From Bilabrum cf. latius (lineage: Eukaryota), in assembly GCA_965178125.1 (NCBI GenBank), contig OZ237758.1, positions 248,001 through 312,000 of the forward strand: 64,000 bases of DNA, given 5' to 3'. This document shows, one piece after another, positions 46,528-60,000 of this stretch. The notes beneath the pieces were generated by a model. It saw nothing but the letters and a program-made list of their open reading frames with translations. It had not been told where the DNA came from and searched no databases. Made by a program: the position numbers and the translations under genes. Within the stretch, counting starts at the first letter, position 1, and every line of letters starts with the position of its first letter.

Positions 46528-48039
46528 ATGCGAGGCAGGACGATCTTGAGCGATCTTGCATCTTCGAAGCACCCATCAAGCGCCCGGACCCTTGCAGCCG
46601 TGGCAGCTGCGTTTGGTGTTATATGTGCCCCTCTTGCGAGCGCCAAGGTGACGCCTGGAGTGCCCCGCGTTCCGCTGCAGGGTTGGAACACGTGGTGCAC
46701 GCAGAACCGCTGCACGGTCGACTGGTGCACGTCTTCCGAGGTGCTGGACGTCGCGCGCACCATGAAGGACCTGGGAATGATCGAACTCGGCTGGGATTGG
46801 ATCGCGCTGGACGACTGCTGGGGCGTCCGCAACAGCGAGACGCACGAGATCGAGGGAGACCCCTCTCGCTTCCCCGAAGGCATGCCCGCGTTTATCGACA
46901 AGGTGCACGCGCTCGGCTTCAAGTTCGGGCTGTACACGGACTGGGGCCCGAACGCTTGCCACTTTCCCTTCACGGGGTCGTGGCCCTACTACGCCGAGGA
47001 CACGAGCACGTTCGCCAAGTGGGGCGTGGACATGGTGAAGCTGGACGGGTGCAACCCCCCCCCGGGGCAGGAGCCCGAGCAGCTCGCCCAGAACTTCTCG
47101 TCGGCGCTGGCCGCCACTGGGGCGCCCATCTGGATGTACTTCCACTGCTGGCACACGCAGACGTGCGCCCAGTACGGCAACTCCTTCCGGGTGTACGATG
47201 ACCACCACGACGAGTGGTCCAGCACCGCCTCCGTGGTGGACTACCTCAGGGAACACAGGCAGCCCTTCTGGGGACCGGGGCCGAGCCAGGGCTTCCCTGA
47301 CCCGGACTTTATATTCACGGGAGGGGAGGGGTGCGGGGAGCACTCCGGCCCAGGGGTGCGGTGCCCCGGGCAGAGCGAGGAGGAGTACCGCAGCGAGTTC
47401 TCTCTGTTCTCCATCGGGGGCGGGCAGCTGATCTTCGCGACGGACCCGAGGAACATGACGGACTTCATGAAGAGCGTTCTCATGAACCAGGAGATTCTGG
47501 CCGTTTTCCAGGACACGGCGCACTTCGACAACATCACCGTGCTGCCCTACCAGCCGACCTCGTCGTCCTCGTCGTCGTGCTCGGTCTCTCTGGAACAGCA
47601 GCTCTCGCACGACTCTTGCGCGCTGGGCAAGAGCTTCGGCTGCTACGACGGCCGGGCGGAGATGTACACGAGCAACGGCTGCAGGGGCGTCTTCACCTGC
47701 GACGGAGTCGAGGGCGTGACGTGCGACCAGGACGGCTCCGGGACGCACGACTGCCCCTGTGTTCCCCAGCCCACCGAGGCGTGGGCGAGGCCCCTGTCGG
47801 GCAAGCAGGAGGGCTGCGTGGCCGTGGTGCTCTACAACCCCGGGGAAGCCCCCAGCGACGTGGGTGTCGACTTTCAGCAGCTCCCCGGGGTGCGGTGGGG
47901 CCCAGGCACCAAGGCCAAGGTGCGGGACCTGTGGGCGCACCAGGACGCGGGGCAGGCCACCGGGAGCTACCTCCGGAAGGGGGTGCCGGCGCACGGCAAC
48001 GCCATGGTGACGCTGTGCGACACCGCCTCAAGTTCGTGA
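46528..48039 (+). CDS. GH27 alpha-galactosidase / alpha-N-acetylgalactosaminidase
   Basis: Motifs 'PLQGWNTW', 'IALDDCW', 'RFPEGM', 'LGFKFGLYTD', 'FAKWGVDMVKLDGC', 'FPDPDF' and C-terminal 'VRDLW'. No internal TAG; ends at TGA. Confidence 0.93.
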   Translation: MRGRTILSDLASSKHPSSARTLAAVAAAFGVICAPLASAKVTPGVPRVPLQGWNTWCTQNRCTVDWCTSSEVLDVARTMKDLGMIELGWDWIALDDCWGVRNSETHEIEGDPSRFPEGMPAFIDKVHALGFKFGLYTDWGPNACHFPFTGSWPYYAEDTSTFAKWGVDMVKLDGCNPPPGQEPEQLAQNFSSALAATGAPIWMYFHCWHTQTCAQYGNSFRVYDDHHDEWSSTASVVDYLREHRQPFWGPGPSQGFPDPDFIFTGGEGCGEHSGPGVRCPGQSEEEYRSEFSLFSIGGGQLIFATDPRNMTDFMKSVLMNQEILAVFQDTAHFDNITVLPYQPTSSSSSSCSVSLEQQLSHDSCALGKSFGCYDGRAEMYTSNGCRGVFTCDGVEGVTCDQDGSGTHDCPCVPQPTEAWARPLSGKQEGCVAVVLYNPGEAPSDVGVDFQQLPGVRWGPGTKAKVRDLWAHQDAGQATGSYLRKGVPAHGNAMVTLCDTASSS

Positions 48040-48705
48040 TCTTGGCAGGTGACATGTCTGCCAGGCTAGTAGACGTGGCGGTCAGGCTGCTCTTTGCAGC
48101 TGCCGCTGCTGCTGCTCCTTGCTACTGCTGTGCGTTGTGGCCTGGGTTGCGCGCTCGTGTGAACGCTGGCATACAGGGTGAGCAATCGCACGACAGCGGC
48201 GCAAATCATGCTTGCACTAACCGTGGTGGCTTCAGAATGGCATTTTTGGTCATCCCCTTCGTGTTCATGATGGTATCCTCCAACAGTACCTGTAACCATT
48301 CGCCGTGTATGCGGCCGAGGTGACGATGTGTAATTGGATACAATACAAAGCGCCGCAATGAACTTAATTTGGGTCATGCTTCGACAACCACCACTCTTGC
48401 GCGCACCAGAGTGAAGGTGTGACAAAGTGTCCCCTGCTTGCCACGTTCCTGGAATTTAATCGCATATCAAGCGAGGTCATGAAGAGATACAAAGTATGTG
48501 CTTATATTTATATGGAGTTCATTGTCCAAAGTTTCTCATGAGTCGCACGAGGGACTTGGGGAAGCTTCGGAAGCTTTGGAATGAGTAAACCGGAACTGAC
48601 TTTTGGTCGCACCGTGCGACGCTTGGGTCAGCAACGACTTTGCGCACACTTGTAGCAGCTTTGGTGGACCCAGTTGTCTTGCGATTCCCTTAAACGTGTA
48701 ATACT

Positions 48706-51700
48706 ATGTCCAGCATTGCCGAACACCACGGTCGTGCTCCCATGCTGAAGGCATCCAGCGCTATTCCCACGGGTGAGACCGACTGCGCAGCTGCGGGGGT
48801 AGGCGACCTCGTTGAGCGCCGAGAACCCGGTGATGCAGACTCTAAATTCCGTGCTGCGCGACAAGATTCTGTTTATTGTGCAACATAAATACAACTCCCG
48901 GCCTTGCAGAAGAATGCATGCCGAAAGACGGCGACGCTTCAAGTTGCGGAGCTGCTAGCGTCCTCAGCCTACACCCCGGGATTGCACCCTTCGCACCAGC
49001 GCGAAGAGACGGAACGTGCGCTCCTTTGCTGAGCGGAAAGGATTATTTTGCTTCTGCAGCGCACGCTATTCTCGGTGCCGAGCACCAGATTCTGCTTGCC
49101 GGCTGGTGGATCGATTTGGATCTGCCGCTCGTTCGCGGCTTGGAGCCTGACAAGATGCACGACTCGGAGGGCAAGTCTGGTCCAACTGCCTCGGCCACTG
49201 GTGTGCCCGGCGTGCTCACCCTCAGGCACTTGCTCCAGCAAAAGGCAGAGCAGGGCGTGCGAATCTTCGTGCTCGTGTACTGGGAAATCGCTGGAGTGGG
49301 GCTTGCAAACGACTCGACCAGCACCGTTGAAGCTCTCCGCAGCATGCACCCGAACATTCGGGCGCAGCGACATCCCGACCATGAGCGGCCCGGCGGCATC
49401 GGCATGCGCGCCCTTTGCGTGCACCACGAGAAGCTGCTGGTCATCGACGACCGCGTCGCGTTCGTGGGTGGGCTGGACCCAGCCCCCGGACGGTTCTGCC
49501 ATGCCCAGCGCGATCTGTGCGATCCAGCCAGCGTCGGGTGGCAGGGTGCAGACTACATGAACGACATGGGCATGGTCGGGTACATGCGGTGGAAGGCCGC
49601 AGCAGCCCAGCAGCAGCAATGGGAGGAGCTGCGTGCCAAGCGCGGGCTGGTCCCTACCACGAGTGGCACCAGAACCGCGACGGGATCGAGCGCTGCATCC
49701 ATCACGGAGCTGGCCGCCCTACCGACCAATGGCTCCGACATGCACGAGGCTGCGGCGAGCCTTGCGTCGGCTTCCCGTGGTCCGTCTACACCTCACGACG
49801 GGAGGATCTCAGGTGCGTCTGCTTCGGACAGGCAAGCACACGCACCTGCTGGGCCGTCTCCTCTTTCAGCCGGATCTAGAGGGTCGGCAATGGCCGGTCA
49901 GGAGGCGACGGCTGAAGGTGCAGACAAGACTGACGCGGTGACTGAAGACAATGTTCAGCTGGAGACTGCCCTGGAGAACCAAGCGGCTGAGTCTTTCTCT
50001 TGGTTCGGCTGCTGCCTGCCAGCGCCCACCAAGAAACAGCCTGGGCCACACAAATAGACCAAAGCAGCCGGAGCAGAGAAGGCCATCACGGGGTCTAAGA
50101 AGGTCAGCGCATAGAGCGTTGGGTTGGCCCAGCACGAGCCGGAGCGGGGGGCTACTTTAGGTGCGAGAGACGTCGTGCCCCGCATGCCCTGGCACGATGT
50201 GCAGCTTGCCATTCGAGGAGAAGCAGTCAAGGACGTGACCAGGCACTTTGTGGAACGGTGGGTGCATCACGCCAAAGAAGCTCTAGCGGCAGACCACGTG
50301 ACGGAGAAACCCGATGGGACGATACCAGTGGTAGACACTTCTACTAGTGTGTCTGCGGGCGCGCATGAGGGGGCCATCTCCATGGTTGCTCTGAAGGCGG
50401 CTGTCAGCGAATCCTGCCCGGCTGCATACCTCCAGCTGGTCGGAGACAAAGACGCAGCGGCACCGGATGCAGGCAATGTTGCGATCGGTGGCGCATCGTC
50501 CCACTCAGATGACACTGCCAGCAGCACGGCGTGCAGCTTGCAGGTGCTGCGTCAGGCAGGGCCGTGGAGCAACGGGCTGTCCACGCCAGACACTGGCATA
50601 GCCAGCGCGCACTGCAGCCTGATCCAGCAGTCCAAGCACTTCCTGTACCTGGAGAACTAGTTCTTCTCAAGCAGCTGCGGCGGCGACGGGGCACTGAATC
50701 GCGTGGGCCAGTGCCTGATCGATCGGGTGTCGAAGGCCATCAGGGACGGCAAGCCGTTCAAGGCGGTAGTGGTGCTGCCAGTGTACCCGGAAGGGGACTT
50801 GTGCGGGCCAGGACAGGCAAAAGCCATTGCGCACTTCTGCAAGCGGGCCGTGTCCACGAGCTCAACCTCGGTGATGGCGTCGCTGGCAAGGATGCACCCG
50901 GGCGTCAGACTCGCCGACTACATCGTGTTTCTGTCCCTGCGAGCATACGGCACGATGCCAGCCGGAGTGAGGGCAACGGAGCAGGTGTACGTGCACAGCA
51001 AGCTCCTCCTGGTCGACGACTCCCACGCACTCGTCAGCTCGGTGAACATATGTGACCGGGGGCTGCAACCCGACTACGACACGGAGATCGGCGTGCTGGT
51101 CGGCCCGCACTCGGACGGCAAGAACGGGATCGTGCGCTCTGTCATGGCAGGCACGTCCTTTGCCGCCACGGCCGCGGTCAAGACCATGCGCGAGGGGCTG
51201 TTTCGCCTGCACCTGGGCATTGGGTAGTCCACGTCGGAGGACCCCATCGATCTCACGGACCCTTGCAGCGACTCTGTCTACAAGGACCTGGTGCTCGCAT
51301 CAGCGAGACACAACACCCTCTGGTACGAGAAGACCTTCCCGGGAGCAAGGCAGTTCACAGACCCGGCGTACTGGGGTACTGTGGATGCCGAGGGGGACAC
51401 ACATGAGGCCAGTGGCCCGGTGGCAATCGTTCCAGGCCCGCACCTCGCCGCCCTCGAGGGCGTGCCATCGAGCGAGGACAGCGGTGCATGCAGGGTACCA
51501 GAGAGCCTGCTGCACCCGTTGGGCGAACGGCTGCCCACCGGCGATGCCGTGCAGCAGGAGCAAGATTCGCTACGGGCTGGGCTGGCGCGGTTCGTGGGAG
51601 GCCCTGGTGCCGGGCGGGCAGGACCAGAACACGGACAGCTGCCGCCCGACCATGCGTCTCCCATCCGCGTGCCCGCGGGCATGACCCTTGACGGGCTGGT

Positions 51701-51938
51701 GCGCGAGCACCCGATCGCGTGGGCGAGCATGCTGAGGCAGGATGTGATGAGTGCGGCGCCGAGCAGGTGCTTCGAGGCACACGTGCGGGTGGCAGCCAGC
51801 GAGAGAGAGAGCCGGGAAGGTGCGCCGGTGGGGCAGCTAGTGCTCTGGTCGGGAGCGCTGGGGCTCGGCACCGACCTGCTGGAGGGCATCGAGCGGTACC
51901 TCCCACCTGGTGTGCCCCCACAGGCAGTGCTCTTGTGA
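48706..51938 (+). CDS. Phospholipase D (two HKD motifs); predicted intron 48773-48909; 4 TAGs
   Basis: Motifs 'HHEKLLVIDD', 'PRMPWHDV', 'HFVERW', 'HFLYLEN*FFSS', 'EQVYVHSKLLLVDD' and 'DTEIGV'. TAGs at 50055, 50112, 50658 and 51225. Ends at TGA. Exon 1 is less certain. Confidence 0.9.
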
Positions 51939-52176
51939 CAACGATTATTTGGGGATTCTCCGCGTGCTTCGAATCTGTGCTTCATCTTCCTTGTCTGCCA
52001 ATGCACAAGGCTGCTCTGTAACACTCAGTTCGACGCGAATAGCACACCATTATGCACTTTATTTGTTAAAACTGATTGTTGGGATTGTCGTTCTGCCGTT
52101 GTTGGCTTGTGGCCTGTGGTAAGGTGCAGGGCTAGCAGTTGCACTTTTGTCATTTCAAACTCCGTCTGTCAACAGG

Positions 52177-55100
52177 ATGGAGCATGAAGGCATGATGCAT
52201 GCAGACGACCTGGCTTTTCTGTCTCAACTATCATACGGAGATGATATTTAGCGATGGGATGCTGAAAGCACTGAGGAGGGTCCAAATGTGGCCGTAGGCG
52301 ACGACACGGAATCAAGTGCACCTGTAGCACCACGTGCTGAGAGGCGACCGTCCGAAATGCCAGTGGGGCCCACAAATGTGCTCAAATCTCATCTGCAAGC
52401 CTGGGTATCGAGCTTTCGGCAAAGAAAGTGGGAGTGGAGGGCTGGAGTTTTGGCGGATGGACAGCGCCAGTATTTCCAAAAGCTGCGCGGCATCCACCAA
52501 TGGCATGCTTGGGTCGGAGACTTGAGGATGCGGGATCAAATGATTCGTGCAGCATGTGATCGCATGCAGCGCTACCGACTTCGGTAGTATCTGTAGCGAT
52601 GGGCGGGACGCACTCAAGACGTTCGCCGGATTCGGCGAGCCGCCGAGCACGTCTGCCTCGCTGTTTCTCCGAGCTGCAGATGTCGCCGTGCCCTGAGGCA
52701 CCTATGGACGAATCGCACTCGGCATCAGCAGCAACGCTGCAACGCCAGGGTCTCAAAGGTGTTCGCTCGCTCTGCTGCGCTCCGTCGGGGTCTGGCTACC
52801 TGGAGACGATTTGCCGCCGCTCGCCGCCCGATCCGAAGAGCCGAGCGCGCCGCCGGACCGGCGCTGATGCACCTGAAAGCTCGCTTAGCAGTCAGGAAGT
52901 GGATGCTCTCAGCAGCTGGATCAAAGCGAAGCAGGATGCTCATGCGCGTCGCGGAGTAGGCAGCCACAAGGATGCAGCTGAAGCGAGCAATGCAGCGGCT
53001 GCGAGCAAGTGCCCGGCAGAAACGGTCGCTTCGGTTCAGGGCAGAGCGCCTTGGGCAGCGGCTGGAGGTCATTCGCGCTCGAAGCGGGCTGATCCGGTGG
53101 CTTCACTGGGTCCGAGCTCGCCACACGCAGCGGTCCAAGATGGCCATCCTCCGCGTGACGAGTGCGAGGCACCAGGCCAGGAGGGCGTTTCGAACCCTGC
53201 GAGAGCACCACGGGACCAATCAGCTCGCCCGTGCGTCCGCTCGCACGGCGGAGGCGCACTGGAGACGTAGGGCGCTGACACGGGCGGTGAGGCTGTGGGC
53301 GGTGCGGGCGGCAAGCGCGCAGTAGGCCGCCATCGATGCAGGTGAGCTCCGAGTGAGGTGGAGGAGGTGGTGCCTGCACGTGCGACGAAGGCGCACGATG
53401 CGAGTGCTGGCTAGGAGCGTGGTCCGCAGCGGCCGCGCCGCACTTGCTCGCAGGCAGCTACTCCGCTGGAGGGCCCATGCGCGGCATCGCGCCGCGGAGC
53501 GATTCAACCTGAGGTGCGCCGCACTGTTCCGCAGGCGGGTGCTCCTGCACCGCTGGTACGAGGGGTGGCGAGCGGTTGCAACCGCTCGAAGAAGGCTCCG
53601 AGTCAAGCTGTTGGCGGCACGAAGCCACAGGAGGCGGAGGATCGTGCGTGCCGTGCTATTCGCATGGAGCAGGCAAGCCGTCGCGAACAGGGGGCTGCGA
53701 GGCGCCGCCAGAATGAGACGGCGGCGGCTGCTCGAGCTGGGTTTTCGGCTGATTGCTGCCCGCCAAATCCTACGGAGGCGCCGGGCTGCCGCGCTGCAAC
53801 GTGCCATCGAGGCGGGTCGCAGGGGCGCCACGCGAGCAGCGCTGAGGGCCTGGCAGCGGGTGCAGCGACGGGAGGCCGTGCTGCACGGCTCGCGCACTGC
53901 CGTGGAGCATATTCGCAGGAAAGGGTTGCTGGGCAGGTCGGTTCGTGTGTGGCTATAGAGGCTGCATCGCGCAGAGAGCCTGCAGCGCACTGAGGTAGCG
54001 GTGCAGCAGAGGCGGGCTGTGGCCGTGTCGCGAGCGGTGCTGACCCGGTGGGCATAGCTCCTGCGAATCAAGACTGCAAAACAGGAGGCGGCGCGCCGTG
54101 TGGTCGCATGGGTGCGAGCCAGTTGCGTCCTGGGTCCCGCCATGCGCACCTGGCGAAGGAAGGACGCAAGTGGGCGGCGGCAGGATGTGGCCATACGGAG
54201 AGCTGCGGGACTGTTTGCTTCGAGCCTTCGCAAGCGAAAGCTCTCGCGGGCAATTCAGTCGTGGCTGGAGGAAGCTCGGGAATCTATCCGCATCAAAGAA
54301 TCGATTCTTAGCTGCGCAGAGATGTCCGTTGAGCGCCGCTGCTGGTCGGCCCTAGCTCGGCTGAGAGGGCATGCCCTGAACAGAGCACGCACCCGTGCGC
54401 TGCAGTGGACTGCAGACTAGCATCGCAGGAGAACCTGCTAGGCAGGAGCTCTACTCAAGCTGGCCTCCCACGCTGCAGAGAGGTCCTTCCGCCGGCAGCA
54501 GCTGGAGCAGGCGTCGCGGTTGGTGGGGATGCACCTCAAGAAGCGGGCGTTTGGGAGGATGCGTCGGTTCGTCCTGCTCTTCTCCCGTCTGCAAGAGCGA
54601 CCGAAGAACATGCACAGCAGGCGACCCGGGGCGCAACCTGCTCCCAATCGACAAGACAGCCATGCGGTTGCTCTCCCTGGTTCTGCTGTCCGTCATGCGG
54701 ATCATCGGAGAGCGCCGACATAGTCCATCGCGCTGCTAGACAGGGCAATGTCCCTGCTGGGGGCAGATGACAGGTCTGGAGATCGGGAGCTGAATGCTTC
54801 CGGGCCCAGCACGACTGGCAGGGACCGGAGGTCGCCCGATCTTGGGGGTGACATGCACTGCTGGGCACCGCCCTCTCCTCCGCATCAACTCGCAGGCCAC
54901 GCGGCCCCAGCACACTCGCCGGGCTGGACGGCCCCCCCTTCCCCTCAGTCGAGCATTAGCAGACCGCGGCGACCTTCCGTCACAAGCTAGACCTCTTTGG
55001 CCAGCAGCGCAAGTCGGAGAGACCCGCCTAGAATCCCACCCTTCATGCGACGGGAGTGGCAGCAGCAGCAGCAGCAACAGCTGCGACCAAGGCGGCCATC

Positions 55101-56949
55101 CGTGGCAAGCGCCAGGACTGACTGCAGCACCAAAAGCACGCAGGCCGTGTCAGACCATCTGCAGCCTATCGTGGCTGCACTCGCGCCAAAACAAGCTCAG
55201 CATTCTAGCGACAGCCGGCACGCAGCCAGAGGATCGTTGATGCAGCCGCTTCAGCCCATACCGCCGCAGCAGCCCAGTGGGTATCAGAGTGAAGGCATTG
55301 CGCAGAAGCAGCTTCGGCGCCAGCCAACGCTCGTCCCACGCCCCCGAGATTTGGCTGGGTCTGGCAAACCTCGAAGGCAGGACCCTCGCACATCTGCTAC
55401 GGTCTCGTAGCACGCGAGCTACACGCAGGCGCGTACACCTGAGCGATCTGATCCAGCTGCCCTACCCGAGCCCTCAACGGACGCACGCACCAAGCACTAG
55501 CAAGCTGTATCCGCAATGCAGATCCATAGCGGCGCCCAGAGCTCCAACCAGCTCGCTATTTCTGCTTAGGGATGTGTGGGAGGGACCGGTGACACACCTG
55601 TGACCAGCGTATGCAACGAGGCAGCCGAAGCTAGCACTGCAGCAGCGCACACCGTTCCTGCAAGCAAGCAGGATGCGCCCGACCATCAGCAGCACCAGCA
55701 GAGCAACGAGAAGCAGCAGCGGCACTAGGCTCTTCCTGTGGAGACACCGCTATAGGAGGCAGCGAGTGCTTTTCCCTCGCCCGTCCTCGATCGAGCGGCC
55801 CAAGTCAGGCCAAGGTCTCCAGCAGGCCGTGCTGGTTTCTCAACCGGTGGCACAGGAGGATCTGCTGCAGATGACGACACGTCCGGCCCAATGGATCCGA
55901 TAACAGACGAGCCGGAGGTGAGATCGCTCGGTATTACCCCGAGCACAATAAAGCTGCCACTGCCGAGCAAGCAAGCAAAGAGACGGCCGGACTGGTCCTA
56001 CAGCATTGTGGTCGCGTCCGTGCAGCCAGCCATATCCGCCCCGGCTAGCAACGACCAGCCCAGCACCAGCGCCACCCAGCAGGCAGCCCAGGAAATTTCT
56101 GCGGTTCGCAGAGGGCAAGAACTCACTGGGTTTACCACCAGAATCAGGAAGCCCCTGTCGGTAGAGATGCAGCCGGCGGCTAGCGCTAGTCCCCGCGAAC
56201 AGAACGATGGAGCTAGCTCAGCCGGCGCAGCTCAGAACCGTGCGTCAGCACAAGCAGTGGGCGCTCAAGAGATCACACCAAGCGGGGTGCAGCCGGTGTT
56301 ACCGCAGGCCGATTCAGGCTTGGCTTCGAATGAAACTGGCGTATGGACTGCTAGGTCCGACCTTGAGCGGCTCCCCTGGATGGCAAGAGTGCCCGGTGGA
56401 GATCGTGACGGTGCGGCCAGTGTGACCAGTGCAGTATCCGGAATCAGTGGTATGTCCCTGCTAAGCGGGACCGCCTCTGTGCTACGAGCCGCCACAGGTG
56501 CGGGGAGGCAGGCAGCGGCTCAATGCAAGGCTAGCGCCAGCATAGGCGGAGTGCCATCGCCCAGCAACGAACCCCTGGCCTTCAGTTCAGGTCCTTCCGG
56601 GTCTCGCGTGGCTACCGAGGAAGTTTCACCATTGCTGCTGCAGCTGAGGCGTAGAGCGAAGTCAGCACTTGATGATGCCCATGCTGCCGAGTCGATGTGG
56701 CGAGACATGCAGGCGGAGTCAGCAAGCCGTAGCACCGCCTACTATGGCAAGTAGGGAGACTCCAGAGACATAGCTGAAGTCGCAGAAGCGGTACGTGACA
56801 CCGCAACTTCACTCAGAAGGCTGCGCGCTCGCACAGTGGTTTGGAGACACGTGGCAGATGGCCTGCGAGGCAAGCTCGGGGACAGTGCCTGGAGACTGGC
56901 ACTCGGGTAGGAGCTGTGGGCAGGGCTAGAGTAGTTTGGACTGTGTTGA
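52177..56949 (+). CDS. Large Arg/Trp-rich Sfi1-like (centrin-binding repeat) protein, ~1590 aa; 19 in-frame TAGs
   Basis: One uninterrupted frame from ATG 52177 to TGA 56947-56949 if TAG is sense. Periodic 'LxxW/FxxW' Arg-rich helices, then a low-complexity tail. Confidence 0.7.
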
Positions 56950-57050
56950 TTGGAACTTTTCATTGGTTTGCTGCGCGAAATAATGTAAATAAAGCAAAGT
57001 TTGGTACAAGTGGTGGCTCCGGCAAACCCAGCGACCAGCCTGGCCACATT

Positions 57051-60000
57051 TTACTCGAGCAATCGGCGAGCATTGACCATGGTGGCCATGATCTCCTACT
57101 CTTGCTTGGCGGCCGACTTCGCCAAGTCTACCTGCTGCCTGTACGCAGCAGCTCCAGCTCTGGTTGCTCGCAGCGCTAGCTCCCGTCTCGCCCGAACAGC
57201 CTCCGCTGCTGCCTGCCTCTCCTCGCGAGCAGACTGCACTGCTGCACGCGCCTGATCCCGAGACCGTCGCGCCTGCTCGGCCTTCCCTCCGCGGGAGCCC
57301 AGTCGGACCGCTCGTGCTGCTTGCTGGTGGAGTGCTCGAGCCTGCATTGCTTCCCGCATGCGGTGCTGCCTTGCATCCGCATCGGCCCTCGCCCTCGCCC
57401 TCGCCGTTGCAGCCAGCCGAGCTGCCTCGTCCTCGTGCGATGCAAGTACCTCTGCCTCCTTCAGCAACGTGGTAGCGCGGTCCAGCCGCTGCTACCGCCT
57501 CTCTCCCTCCTTTGACAGCAAGCTGCGTCGGACTGCATCTTGCTTGGACATTCGGACGGCCCTTGCCTTGGCCCGAGCTTCATCTAGCTCGTAGTCTCGA
57601 ACTTGGGCCGATGTAGCCGAAGCCTGGCCCTAGTCCATGTCTCGAGCGCTGGCAGGGTCATCCCACGCCGCTGCAGGCCCCCGACTACCCCTCTCGGAGC
57701 CCAGGCCTGAGGAGAGAGCCGCCTGCCTGCGTGCTGCCAGCGGACTTGCCATGATGCCCAGTCGGCCAGAGGGGCCTGCTCCCGCTGTGGCTGGCCGCAG
57801 AACGCCCGTATGCGCGCCCCCGGCACGCCTAGCCGGTCGTTTGGCGGGGCTCACCGGCGGCCTAACCGCAGTTCGAGCGCCGTGATCCTGAGTAGCTTCG
57901 ATCCCCTTCGATCCCATGGACACGTGGGAGAGGCCTCCAAGCTTCTGGGGCAGATTTGCTCCCTCGATGGAGTCTTGAATGTCCTGGACAGAGGGATCCC
58001 GGCCGAACTCCATCACCATGCTCGCTGCTCCCGGGGACCGTGTGGCAGATGCGCCTTCCACCCAGGCATGCGGGGTGTTGCTTGCGCCAGGCGCATCGTG
58101 CACCGAACCAGAGGTCTGGGATCCAAGGGCGAGGCTCGGCAGCTGCAGATGTTGCCTACCAGTGGGTGTGCTGCCACCACCGCGCCCCATGCCAGCGCCA
58201 GCGGTTTGCACGCGTCTCCCAAAGCTAGTCTTTCCGCTAGAATCATGGGCGTTGCGACGGACTTGTGCCGGAGTTCGCACTGGGGACTGGGGCGGCGGGA
58301 CGGCCGTTCCAGCCCCAAACTGGATCACCTGATCTCCGCCCGCATCTGCCCACACGTCGCGGTGGTGCCTCCGCGCCGACTGCGTCATTGACCTGTTCCC
58401 ATACCGGCCGCTACTTCGTGAAGTCAATACAGTGTCGCCAGCCGCCTCTGCCCACCTCGGGGTGGCGCTTCCTTCGGAAATGCCACTTCTGGGCGTGGGT
58501 CTCACGTGCAGCGCAGTGGCTGCAGTCGTCGCCAGGAAACCTTTCTGTGCTGCGGATCGCGCTGCAGTGGCTGCCATTTCGCCAGCTGTCATGGGCCGAC
58601 CGCCCCCACCGACCACGCCTCGCGACACAGAGCGAAGGCCCCTGTGCGAGGTGCGACCGCCGCGAGACCTTCGAGGCTCTCGCTTCGACTCGAGCGTCGA
58701 GTGACTACTGCGGCGACCCACCGGAGTGGTGGCAGGGCGCCCCTGCCCCGGGCTATTGCCACCGTAAATGATCCTCTCCATGCCCATGCCCACCCCATGC
58801 GACTGCCGCTGCGGAGTGCCCAGTTCTCTTGGGAACGGCCCGTTCCCCTGACCACGCCCCCCAACGATGGACAAAGAGATCGATCCCTGCCCAAGCCCTG
58901 CTGGCGACCTGTCCCTCGCCGTTGCACTTCTCGATAGCATGGATGACCTCGCTGGGCTGCGCTGCTGGGCCGCCCTGGGGCGTACTGTATTGGGGGACAG
59001 TCCGAGCCCAGACAACACCGCTTCTCGATCGGATTTCCGAGCGCTGCCAAGGTCTTGCATCGCCTGCTTACGCTGTGCAGCTTGCTCACATTCGGCAGAC
59101 CACCCGAAATCCAGCACGGGTGGCTTGCTTGACTCGTTCCTGCGCTCGGTATTCAGCATATCCTACCACTGAGACACAACTTCACGAGAAGTGTGTAGCC
59201 GAGCACCAGTGCCTAACGGCGCGTGCCAGGTTAGGGCGAGTAGGAGACAGGCCCGGGCCTTTGCTTCCTACAGGGTGGGGAACGTGATGGCGGCGAGTTT
59301 GAGCCCACGGCTGTGCCATGGTGGCATCATGATCTCTTTGAATTCCCGAGGTGCGGCACCTCCTTCGCCATCAGAGCTCGCACCGGCTGCCGCATCGCCA
59401 TCACTGGACGGAATCCTGGTCATGTGCCCTGGTTCTACCCATCGCACGTGGCAGCCGACCGACAGCAGCGGAATGTTGTCCACTGGCCAGCCGCACTATA
59501 CGGACGACGAGCTGGCGTACGCTGGCACGAGCCACGATCGCAGCGAGGACGATGCCCGCTGCGCCTCGCCGTCCGACACGGGTGCGCCGTGTGCAGCCGT
59601 CTTGCTCGCCCTGTCCTCGCCCTGCCTGCGCCGCCGCAGCGCCTCTGCTCGCACCCTCTGCATCTCTGCCCTGTACTGCGCTCCGCTCACCCAGTCCACG
59701 TGCCAGCCCATCCAGCGCGGTAGGCCCACACGACGGTCGATCCAAGCACGCGGCGGCGGCTCGGGATACACAAGCTACACCTTAGCGAAGTGCTTTGGCG
59801 GGAGCAGACCGTTGCAATCGGGCTGGCTTTCCAGCGGAATTTCGTCACTCTTCGAGGCATCGTCGCCTACCGACGCAGACGCTGAGAAGCACGCCTGTAG
59901 TTGGTGCTCAAGCAGCACAAAAGGTTGCCATGCACGCCATGCAGCAGCCTCGGGAGGCTCCGGCTGCCCCCACATCCGACCAGTCGCTCTAGACATGGCA

